From an uncultured beta proteobacterium (GTDB lineage: Bacteria; Pseudomonadota; Gammaproteobacteria; Burkholderiales; SG8-41), in NCBI GenBank assembly GCA_903905655.1, contig CAIVHG010000083.1, positions 2,785 to 66,784 on the forward strand: DNA of 64,000 nucleotides, in the 5' to 3' direction. The notes beneath the pieces were generated by a model, which ran no database searches, had not been told where the DNA came from, and worked only from the letters and a program-made list of their open reading frames with translations. Positions 18,296 through 26,441 of this stretch are shown here, piece by piece. Position numbers and translations under genes: made by a program. Within the stretch, counting starts at the first letter, position 1. Each line of letters starts with the position of its first letter.

Positions 18296-18384
18296 CTTTG
18301 ACCCCTCAAGCTCGCTTCAAGTGCAGCCTCCGGGACGCAACATTCGCTATACTGACCCGGTTAACGGATCGGGCCAGCATATCC

Positions 18385-19158
18385 ATGCACGGGCACCAAA
18401 TTGCAGCCATCGCCCGCTTCACGGTAATTGAAGCCTGGCGCACGCGGTTGCTGTTGCTCTACGCAGTCTTGCTCGGGCTGATCCTCGGCGCGGCATATTT
18501 TCTGCAGCAACTCGCGATCACGGAAAGCATCCGCCTGCAGCTTGCGTTTTCCGCTGCCGCCATCCGGCTGGCGTCGGTCTGCGTGCTGTGCCTGCATGTG
18601 TCAACCAGCGTCACCCGGGAATTCAACGACAAGGGCCTCGAGCTCACCCTCTCTTTCGATCTGCCGCGCTCCCATTATATTCTCGGCCGCCTGGCGGGGT
18701 TCTTGATCGTTGCAGTGCTGCTGGCGATGATGGCGACGCTCCCGCAACTGCTGCTCGCTCCGGCGCCGGCGGCTTTGCTGTGGGGTGCGTCGCTCGTACT
18801 GGAGCTGGCGATCGTCGCCGCGCTCAGTTTGTTCTGCGTAGTGACCTTCACTCAGCTCATGCCGGCGGCAAGCTTTGTCTGCGGATTCTATCTGCTCGCG
18901 CGTGCGCTGACGGCGCTACGGCTGATGAGCAGCGCACCGCTCGCCAGTGCAGACACGCTCACCCATCAGTTGATCGGCGTACTGATCGATACCTTGGCGC
19001 TGCTGTTGCCGGCACTGGACGATTTTGCGCAAAGCGCCTGGCTAATCGAGGGCACGGCAAACTGGGCCGTGCTCGGCGCTAATGCGGCCCAGGCAGGGCT
19101 CTACATAGCACTGCTCGGCGCAGCGACGATGTTCGACTTCTACCGCAAAAATCTATGA
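18385..19158 (+). CDS. ABC-2-type transporter permease
   Basis: About 257 aa and 6 hydrophobic segments. The N-terminus IAAIARFTVIEAWRTRLLLLYAVLLGLILG is typical of ABC-2 permeases. There is no ATPase gene next to it. The ATG at 18385 is preferred over the 18298 start that abuts the kinase gene. Confidence 0.7.
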   Translation: MHGHQIAAIARFTVIEAWRTRLLLLYAVLLGLILGAAYFLQQLAITESIRLQLAFSAAAIRLASVCVLCLHVSTSVTREFNDKGLELTLSFDLPRSHYILGRLAGFLIVAVLLAMMATLPQLLLAPAPAALLWGASLVLELAIVAALSLFCVVTFTQLMPAASFVCGFYLLARALTALRLMSSAPLASADTLTHQLIGVLIDTLALLLPALDDFAQSAWLIEGTANWAVLGANAAQAGLYIALLGAATMFDFYRKNL

Positions 19159-19859
19159 AGCGTCGGGAGGAGCGGCCGCTCGCCGCAGTGCCGCGTGCAG
19201 TATGGTTTGTGCTATGCGCCGTCCTGAGCCTGCAAATACTGTGGCACGCCTCGCTTTCCAGGCCGGTCGCGAGCGCAGACGCCCTTCCAACTCCGCCACG
19301 AGCAGGCGCGCTGCGGCTTGCAAGCCTGGGCGAACCCGCGGCGCTTGCCCAGTTGATGACGCTCTACCTGCAGGCCTTCGACAACCAGCCGGGCGTCAGC
19401 ATCCCGTTTAGTGAACTCGATTACGCACGCGTGACGGAATGGCTGGCCGCCATACTCGAGCTCGATCCCGCCAGCCAATATCCCCTGCTGCTCGCCGCCC
19501 AGGTCTACTCCCAAGTGCCGGACGCGGCGCGCGTCCGCCTGATGCTCGATTTCGTCGAACGGCAGTTCATGCGCGATCCGAACCGCCGCTGGCGCTGGCT
19601 TGCGCATGCCGTGATCGTGAGCAGGCACCAGTTGCACGACGACGCGCTGGCTCTGCGCTACGCGCGCGAAATCGCGCGCAGGGCGCCCGCGGCGCCGGAT
19701 TGGGCGAAGCAGATGCACATCTTCATACTCGCGGACATAGGCGAAATCGAGAGTGCGCGGATTCTCTTGGGTGGTCTGATCGAGAGTGGCCAGATTACGG
19801 ATCTGCACGAGCAGCGCTTCTTGCTGGAACGGCTGAAAGCAATGAAATCCGGCGAGTAG
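19155..19859 (+). CDS. Membrane-anchored helical-repeat protein of unknown function
   Basis: 234 aa. Its start overlaps the permease stop (ATGA). It has an N-terminal anchor (AVWFVLCAVLSLQILW) followed by an all-helical, TPR-like sequence. Confidence 0.55.
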   Translation: MKRREERPLAAVPRAVWFVLCAVLSLQILWHASLSRPVASADALPTPPRAGALRLASLGEPAALAQLMTLYLQAFDNQPGVSIPFSELDYARVTEWLAAILELDPASQYPLLLAAQVYSQVPDAARVRLMLDFVERQFMRDPNRRWRWLAHAVIVSRHQLHDDALALRYAREIARRAPAAPDWAKQMHIFILADIGEIESARILLGGLIESGQITDLHEQRFLLERLKAMKSGE

Positions 19860-19984
19860 CCGTCAGTGTCGTCGAAGTATCGACGGCCGCCCCCCACTGC
19901 CGCGTGCGAATTGCATTCAATGCGGCCAATCATCGAGCGAGCATCAGTAGGGCCACGCCGTTAACCTGCGTGCGGGCGAATGGA

Positions 19985-20000
19985 TGGCACAGATGTTGCT
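19985..20000 (+). promoter_or_regulatory. Sigma-54 (-24/-12) promoter for the pilin gene
   Basis: TGGCAC-AGATG-TTGCT is an exact match to the consensus TGGCAC-N5-TTGCW. It lies in a 185 bp intergenic region, 45 bp upstream of the pilin ATG. Confidence 0.7.
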
Positions 20001-20044
20001 CATTGCGTATGGCTTAATTGCTTACTTTGTAAAGGACCGCGGCG

Positions 20045-20740
20045 ATGCGCAGACAAACCGGTTTTACCTTGATCGAAATCGCGATCGTGCTCGTCATCAT
20101 AGGCCTGTTGCTGGGCGGAATCCTTAAGGGGCAGGAGCTCATCACCAGCGCGCGCGTGCGCAACCTCATCTCACAGCAGGAAGGCGTCAAGGCCGCATAT
20201 TTTGGCTTCCTCGATCGCTATCGCGCGCTTCCCGGAGACTACGATCAGGCGAGCAAGAACATCGCGAACATCGCCGGAGTGACGCAATGCGGAACCGGCG
20301 ACGGCAATGGCAACGGACGCATCGAGACGACCGGCAACGAGAACATCCTGGCATGGGAACATTTATCGAAAGCCGGCTTCATCAATGGATCGTACACGTG
20401 CAACCCTACAGAATCGAATGCAACGACCCCGACCAACCCGTACGCGGTGCGGCTGCAGCTGGTATGGGACAGCGATTATGCCGATGCCGGCGGCAATCCA
20501 CCGCTGCGCCACAATCTCAAAACCGGCAATCAGATCCCTTCGGACATACTCGCGGAAGTCGATCGCAAGATAGACGACGGCAACGCCCTGGCCGGGGTGT
20601 TTAGATATACCAATGCAACTTATCTCGGCGGCGCATCGCCCGTCGCTTCGTCTGCATCAACCTGCTATTCAGCGACAGCGCCCTATAACTGGAACGCCAC
20701 CAGCCCGCAGTCGAATTGTAGCGGCGTCACGCTGTTCTAG
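20045..20740 (+). CDS. Type IV pilin / T2SS-type pseudopilin (candidate major subunit)
   Basis: It carries the class III signal MRRQTG/FTLIEIAIVLVIIGLLLGGILKGQELI. 231 aa with four Cys residues (two potential disulfides). GC is about 50%, lower than the flanks. Confidence 0.85.
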   Translation: MRRQTGFTLIEIAIVLVIIGLLLGGILKGQELITSARVRNLISQQEGVKAAYFGFLDRYRALPGDYDQASKNIANIAGVTQCGTGDGNGNGRIETTGNENILAWEHLSKAGFINGSYTCNPTESNATTPTNPYAVRLQLVWDSDYADAGGNPPLRHNLKTGNQIPSDILAEVDRKIDDGNALAGVFRYTNATYLGGASPVASSASTCYSATAPYNWNATSPQSNCSGVTLF

Positions 20741-20870
20741 CGCCTAAACGCCAGCCAACTCCCCCAAAAGCATTTCCGGTATCACGCCGACCGCATGTAT
20801 ATGCGGCCGGTGATTGTAGGTTTGCCATGGCCGCAGCGTCGCAGGGGACATTTGATATACTGTCCGCCTC

Positions 20871-21872
20871 ATGACTGCCCCCCAAAAAGCCTCAGCGCCC
20901 GTTTCCGGCGACGCGCTCGAACTAGCGCGCGAAGTGCTCGAGATCGAGGCGGCGGCGATCACCGGCCTCATCGCAAAGCTGGATCAGGCGTTTCAGCATG
21001 CGGTCGATCTGATCCTCGCCTGCCGCGGGCGCGTCATTGTGACCGGCATCGGCAAGTCCGGGCACATCGCGCGCAAGATCGCTTCCACCATGTCGAGCAC
21101 CGGAACGCCCGCTTATTTCCTGCACCCCGCCGACGCCAGCCATGGCGATCTGGGCATGATCGCAAGCGGCGACGTGGTGATCGCGCTGTCCAATTCCGGG
21201 GAGAGCGCAGAACTGCTCGCGATCCTGCCGTTGCTCAAGCGCCAGGGCGCGCGCTTGATCGCGTTTACCGCCAGAGCCGATTCGGAACTCGCCCGCGAGT
21301 CCGATGCAGTTTTGTACGCGGGCGCGGAAAAGGAAGCGTGCCCACTCAATCTCGCGCCGACCGCTAGTTCCACCGCCGCGCTCGCGCTCGGCGACGCACT
21401 TGCGCTCGCGCTGATGCAGGCCAAAGGCTTCAGCCGCGACGAATTCGCGCGCTCGCACCCAGGCGGCAGCCTCGGCCGCAAACTGCTCACCCACGTGCAC
21501 GACGTCATGCGAAGCGGCCCCGAAACGCCGCATGTTCCCGTCGCGGCGAGCCTGTCCGACGCAGTCCTCGAAATCACTCGCGGCTGCCTGGGCATGACCG
21601 CGGTCGTCGACACCGATCAGCGCGTCGTTGGCATCTTCACCGATGGCGACCTGCGCCGCACGCTGTTCAATGGCAGTGCCGACTTCCAGTCCCAAAAGGT
21701 CGTGAACGTGATGACGCGCAGCCCGCGCACCATCGGCCCGGACAAGCTCGCGGTAGAAGCGGTAAAGCTCATGGAAGATCACCGCATCAACCAACTGCTG
21801 GTGGTCGACGCCGACCAAAGGCTGCTGGGCGCGCTCAACATGCACGACTTGTTCAAAGCCAAGGTGATCTGA
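20871..21872 (+). CDS. kdsD: Arabinose-5-phosphate isomerase KdsD (SIS + tandem CBS)
   Basis: 333 aa. SIS motif GRVIVTGIGKSGHIARKIASTMSSTGTPAYFLHP, with CBS domains at the C-terminus. Confidence 0.9.
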   Translation: MTAPQKASAPVSGDALELAREVLEIEAAAITGLIAKLDQAFQHAVDLILACRGRVIVTGIGKSGHIARKIASTMSSTGTPAYFLHPADASHGDLGMIASGDVVIALSNSGESAELLAILPLLKRQGARLIAFTARADSELARESDAVLYAGAEKEACPLNLAPTASSTAALALGDALALALMQAKGFSRDEFARSHPGGSLGRKLLTHVHDVMRSGPETPHVPVAASLSDAVLEITRGCLGMTAVVDTDQRVVGIFTDGDLRRTLFNGSADFQSQKVVNVMTRSPRTIGPDKLAVEAVKLMEDHRINQLLVVDADQRLLGALNMHDLFKAKVI

Positions 21873-21960
21873 CCGCAGCGTCATTCAAGTATCCGGCAGG
21901 CACGCCACATTTGCGGCGCGCCTGCCGGCGCCAATCAACACAGAGACTACAACCTCCCCT

Positions 21961-22485
21961 ATGCAGCAAATCCACGACCGGGCGCAGAAAATCCGCCTCG
22001 CGATCTTCGACGTCGATGGCGTGCTCACCGATGGCATGCTTTATTACACCGACGGCGGCGAAGAAATCAAAGCGTTCAGCGCGCAAGACGGGCATGGCAT
22101 GAAGATGCTGCGGGAAAGCGGCGTCGAGCTCGCGATCATCAGCGGGCGCGCTGCGCGCTGCGTGGAGCTGCGCGCAAAAAATCTGGGCGTGAAATTTCTC
22201 TACCAGGGCGTCGCAGACAAGGCCAAGGCGTATGCCGAACTGCTGGCTACGCGCGGGCTTGATGCCAGCGCCGCGGCGTACATGGGCGACGACCTAGTCG
22301 ATCTGCCCGTCATGCGGCGCTGCGGCCTTGCGCTCACGGTGCCGGCGGCGCCGGTGCTGGTCAAGCAGCACGCGCATTACGTGACCCGCGCACACGGCGG
22401 CCGCGGGGCCGTGCGCGAGGCCTGCGAACTTATCATGCAGGCGCAAGGCACGCTCAGCGCCCAACTAGAGGCATATTGCAAATAA
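21961..22485 (+). CDS. kdsC: KDO 8-phosphate phosphatase KdsC
   Basis: 174 aa. HAD motif LAIFDVDGVLTDG and later GDDLVDLPV. It follows kdsD. Confidence 0.9.
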   Translation: MQQIHDRAQKIRLAIFDVDGVLTDGMLYYTDGGEEIKAFSAQDGHGMKMLRESGVELAIISGRAARCVELRAKNLGVKFLYQGVADKAKAYAELLATRGLDASAAAYMGDDLVDLPVMRRCGLALTVPAAPVLVKQHAHYVTRAHGGRGAVREACELIMQAQGTLSAQLEAYCK

Positions 22486-22486
22486 G

Positions 22487-23065
22487 ATGGGACGGCTGAC
22501 CGGCTGGTTTCCCGTCGTGCTGCTGGCCGTCCTCGCAGCGCTCACGTTCTGGCTCGACCGCCAGGTTCAGTCCGGCGACCGCGCGCGCGACGGCAAGCTG
22601 CGCCACGATCCGGATTACATCGCGCAGAATCTAGCCGGCACCAACATCGGCCCCGATGGCGTCGCACTCTATACGCTGACCGCAAAGAGCATGGTGCATT
22701 ATCCCGACGACGATACGACCTACGTCGAGGCGCCCAAGCTCGTGCAGTTTCGGCCCGCCGGCATGACGATCACGGCTACCTCAAAGAACGCGACGCTGTC
22801 GAGCAACGGCGACCATGTCTACCTGACAGGCGATGTACGCCTGGTGCGTTCCGCCTATGAAAACAAGAGCGCGTTGACAGTTGAGACCACCTACCTGCAT
22901 GTCGTGGCCAAAGACAACTTTGCCGAGACCGACCGGCCGGTAAGAATATTCGATGCCAGCACACTAACCACGGCAGTTGGCTTAGAATTCAATACTGAAA
23001 CCCACATTCTAAAACTCCACTCCAACGTACGGGGTCAGTATGCAAAACCGAAGCGGGCACAGTGA
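22487..23065 (+). CDS. lptC: LPS export protein LptC
   Basis: 192 aa with an N-terminal anchor and a beta-jellyroll-type sequence, in the conserved position between kdsC and lptA. Confidence 0.8.
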   Translation: MGRLTGWFPVVLLAVLAALTFWLDRQVQSGDRARDGKLRHDPDYIAQNLAGTNIGPDGVALYTLTAKSMVHYPDDDTTYVEAPKLVQFRPAGMTITATSKNATLSSNGDHVYLTGDVRLVRSAYENKSALTVETTYLHVVAKDNFAETDRPVRIFDASTLTTAVGLEFNTETHILKLHSNVRGQYAKPKRAQ

Positions 23066-23702
23066 TTTGAACGGGTTGCGCCAGCGCGCATCCCAGGCCC
23101 GCTGGCGCAGCAAGCTGCTGCTGTGTTGCCTTTTGCTGTGCGCCGTGCCATCCCACGCAGAACGCGCGGACCGCGACAAGCCGGTGAATCTGGAGGCTGA
23201 CCAGGTGACGGTCGACGATCAAAAACAGGTCGCGACTTTCGTGGGCAACGTGATATTGACGCAAGGCACGCTCAAGATCACGGGAGACCGCATGGTGGTG
23301 CAGCAGGACGCCGACGGCTTCAAAGTCGGCACCTCATACGGCAATCTCGCGAGCTTCCGCCAGAAGCGCGAAGGCTACGACGAGTATATCGAGGGCCGGG
23401 CGGAGCGCATCGAGTACGACAGCAAGGCCAACAAGGTGCAGATGTTCGAGCGCGCCAATCTCAAGAAGACCAATGACGACGTGCGCGGCAACTATATTTC
23501 ATACGACGTGACAACCGAGTTTTTCCGCGTTACCGGCGGCGGCGCCAAAGCAGCCACTGCCGCCAATCCGCAGGGCCGCGTGCGAGCGGTGATACAGCCA
23601 CAGAGCAAGCAGCCGCAGCCCGCGACTAGCGCGGCGCCGCTCGCGCTCAAGCCCGCCGCCGAAGTTGAAAATCCGCGCGACACCCCCGGCACGCAGCGTT
23701 GA
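23040..23702 (+). CDS. lptA: LPS transport periplasmic protein LptA
   Basis: 220 aa with a signal peptide and the OstA-like motif PVNLEADQVTVDDQKQVATFVGNVILTQGTLKITGDRMVV. Confidence 0.85.
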   Translation: MQNRSGHSDLNGLRQRASQARWRSKLLLCCLLLCAVPSHAERADRDKPVNLEADQVTVDDQKQVATFVGNVILTQGTLKITGDRMVVQQDADGFKVGTSYGNLASFRQKREGYDEYIEGRAERIEYDSKANKVQMFERANLKKTNDDVRGNYISYDVTTEFFRVTGGGAKAATAANPQGRVRAVIQPQSKQPQPATSAAPLALKPAAEVENPRDTPGTQR

Positions 23703-23748
23703 GTGCGCAGCCACGCACTGCGGCCGCTGAAGCGCCCACCCTGCGATC

Positions 23749-24471
23749 ATGAGCGAACTCAAGGCTGATCAGCTCAACAAGCGCTATAAATCGCGCGTCG
23801 TGGTAAAGGATGTTTCCCTCGAGGTCCGCAGCGGAGAAGTCATCGGCCTGCTCGGCCCCAACGGGGCCGGCAAGACGACGTGCTTTTACATGATGGTCGG
23901 CCTGGTACCGCTGGATGGCGGCGAGATATTCCTCGACCAGAAGCGCCTCACCCACATGCCGATCCACCGGCGCGCGCGGCTGGGGCTGTCCTACCTGCCC
24001 CAGGAAGCCTCGATTTTCAGGCGCATGACGGTAGCCGAGAACATCCGCGCGATACTCGAACTGCAGAAGCTCGACGAAGCGCAGATCAGCTCGCGGCTGG
24101 ATGAACTGCTCGAAGATCTGCACGTCAGCCACCTGCGCGACAATCCGGCGATCAGTTTGTCCGGGGGCGAGCGGCGGCGGGTGGAAATTGCGCGCGCGCT
24201 TGCCACCGATCCACGCTTCATCCTGCTCGACGAGCCGTTTGCGGGGGTCGACCCGATCGCCGTCCTCGACATCCAGAAGATCATCAGCTTCCTGAAGCAG
24301 CGCGACATCGGTGTGCTGATCACGGATCACAACGTGCGCGAGACCCTCGGCATCTGCGATCGCGCCTACATCATAAACGAGGGGATGGTGCTCGCTTACG
24401 GCACCCCAGACGAAATCGTTTATAATGAAAGCGTGAGGAAAGTCTATCTTGGGGAGCATTTCCGCCTGTAA
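23749..24471 (+). CDS. lptB: LPS export ABC transporter ATP-binding protein LptB
   Basis: 240 aa with [24 protein letters not shown] and [13 protein letters not shown]. Confidence 0.95.
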   Translation: MSELKADQLNKRYKSRVVVKDVSLEVRSGEVIGLLGPNGAGKTTCFYMMVGLVPLDGGEIFLDQKRLTHMPIHRRARLGLSYLPQEASIFRRMTVAENIRAILELQKLDEAQISSRLDELLEDLHVSHLRDNPAISLSGGERRRVEIARALATDPRFILLDEPFAGVDPIAVLDIQKIISFLKQRDIGVLITDHNVRETLGICDRAYIINEGMVLAYGTPDEIVYNESVRKVYLGEHFRL

Positions 24472-24548
24472 GGCGGCCGGGCAGCAACCGCCGGCACCGC
24501 GATGGGACGTCCATCGATCGCGATCGCCAACGCCAGACTTCTTTCATC

Positions 24549-26012
24549 ATGATGAAGCACTCGCTCCAACTCCGGCTATCGCAGCACCTGACGCTCACCC
24601 CGCAGTTGCAGCAGTCGATCAGGCTACTGCAGCTCTCGACGCTGGAGCTCGATCAGGAGATCGAGAAGTTTCTTCAGGACAATCCTTTGCTCGAGCGCGA
24701 AGACGACGCACGCGCAGAAGGGATTGACGCGCCTCCAGCCGGAGCCGTGGATTACGCCCCCAGCGCCCCCGTTTCGAGCAGCAGCACCGAGACGGCAAGC
24801 GACACGGACGGCGATATGCGCAACGCGGGCTCCGATAGCGCCGCGGGCTACGAGGAAGAATCCCGCTACGCGTCTGCGCCCAACCGCGATGACAACGACG
24901 AAGCGCAGTATCCTCAGGTCGCCGCTGAAACAGAGTCGCTGCGCGAGCACCTGCTTGCCCAGCTGTCGGTCACCAACATCGGGGTGCGCGAGCAGCGCCT
25001 GGTCGAGCTGCTGATCGACTCTCTGGATGAGAACGGCTACCTGCAGCAAGACCTGGAAGAGCTCGCGGGCATCCTGCCGCCGGAACTGGAGGTAGGGATC
25101 GATGAACTGCACCTTGCGCTCACCTACCTGCAGCACCTGGAGCCTGCAGGCATCGGCGCCCGCAATCTCGGCGAATGCCTGAGGCTGCAGCTCGACGCAT
25201 TGCCGGAAACCACCCGCTACCGTGCGCATGCGCTGAACATCGTCGTGCACCATCTGGACGCGCTTGCGGCCCGCGACTACAACAAGCTGAAGAAGCTGCT
25301 GCATTGCGAGGACGAAGTCCTGCGTGGCGTGAAAAACCTGATCACCGGACTCAACCCGCGCCCGGGCGCCAGCTATTTCTCCGGCGATACCCGCTACATC
25401 ATCCCCGACGTCATCGTCAAGAAGACCAAGGGCGAGTGGGTTGCTGCGCTCAATCCCGACGCCATGCCGCGGCTGCGCATCAATCAGATGTATGCCAATA
25501 TCCTGCAGCGCAACCGCGACAGCGGGCACCAGCAGCTCGCGAGCCAACTACAGGAAGCGCGCTGGCTCATCAAGAACGTGCAGCAGCGCTTCGACACCAT
25601 ATTGCGCGTCTCGCAGGCCATCGTCGAGCGCCAGCGGCATTTTCTGGAACACGGAGAAGTCGCCATGCGGCCGCTGGTGCTGCGCGAAATCGCCGATACT
25701 CTCACCCTGCACGAGTCTACGGTGTCGCGCGTCACGACGCAGAAATTCATGTCGACGCCGCGCGGAATTTTCGAGCTCAAATATTTCTTCGGCAGCCACG
25801 TGACGACGCACACCGGCGGCGCCGCATCGAGCACTGCGATCCGCGCGCTGATCAAGCAGCTGGTGAGTTCGGAGAACGCAAAGAAACCGCTTTCGGACAG
25901 CCAGATCTCGGAGATATTGAGTCAGCAGGGCATGGTGGTCGCACGGCGCACGGTGGCAAAATACCGGGAGTCGATGCGAATACTTCCAGTCAATCTGCGC
26001 AAATCGATTTGA
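24549..26012 (+). CDS. rpoN: RNA polymerase sigma-54 factor RpoN
   Basis: 487 aa. Region I is LQLRLSQHLTLTPQLQQSIRLLQLSTLEL. The RpoN box is ARRTVAKYRESM. Confidence 0.95.
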   Translation: MMKHSLQLRLSQHLTLTPQLQQSIRLLQLSTLELDQEIEKFLQDNPLLEREDDARAEGIDAPPAGAVDYAPSAPVSSSSTETASDTDGDMRNAGSDSAAGYEEESRYASAPNRDDNDEAQYPQVAAETESLREHLLAQLSVTNIGVREQRLVELLIDSLDENGYLQQDLEELAGILPPELEVGIDELHLALTYLQHLEPAGIGARNLGECLRLQLDALPETTRYRAHALNIVVHHLDALAARDYNKLKKLLHCEDEVLRGVKNLITGLNPRPGASYFSGDTRYIIPDVIVKKTKGEWVAALNPDAMPRLRINQMYANILQRNRDSGHQQLASQLQEARWLIKNVQQRFDTILRVSQAIVERQRHFLEHGEVAMRPLVLREIADTLTLHESTVSRVTTQKFMSTPRGIFELKYFFGSHVTTHTGGAASSTAIRALIKQLVSSENAKKPLSDSQISEILSQQGMVVARRTVAKYRESMRILPVNLRKSI

Positions 26013-26063
26013 TGCAGCAGCAAGCGGGCGCCACTGCGCCCGCCTAACAAGCCAGGAGAGTTC

Positions 26064-26390
26064 ATGAATCTACATCTAAGCGCACATCATCTGGAAATCA
26101 CGCCGGCGATCCGCGAATACGTCACCGGCAAAATGGAGCGTATCGGCCGTCATTTCGACCACGTGATCGATGCCAATGTCCTGCTGTCTGTGGAAAAGCT
26201 CGAACATCGGGTGGAAGTGAACGTCCATCTGCGGGGCAAGGACATTTTCGTGGAAAGCTCCGGCGCCGACATGTACGCCGCAATCGACGCCGTCATCGAC
26301 AAACTCGACCGCCAGATCATCAAGCACAAGGAAAAGAGCGTCGAGCACCGTGGCGCCGAGCACCGCGGCACCCAGGGCACCGAAGACTGA
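26064..26390 (+). CDS. hpf: Ribosome hibernation promoting factor
   Basis: 108 aa. N-terminus LHLSAHHLEITPAIREYVTGKMERIGRHFD, in the conserved position after rpoN. Confidence 0.9.
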   Translation: MNLHLSAHHLEITPAIREYVTGKMERIGRHFDHVIDANVLLSVEKLEHRVEVNVHLRGKDIFVESSGADMYAAIDAVIDKLDRQIIKHKEKSVEHRGAEHRGTQGTED

Positions 26391-26441
26391 AATGTAGTAG
26401 CGGCGCGCATACGCGATGCCAACCATACACGGCTGAACCAG

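Noticed and set aside
26024-26043. GC-rich hairpins after rpoN (GCGGGCGC-cact-GCGCCCGC) and after rapZ (28765-28794, two overlapping stems CCGCGC/GCGCGG and CGCGGTC/GACCGCG).
   Set aside because: The stems are perfect, but neither is followed by a U-tract, so I do not call them intrinsic terminators. They may be mRNA stabilisers, attenuators or chance GC palindromes.
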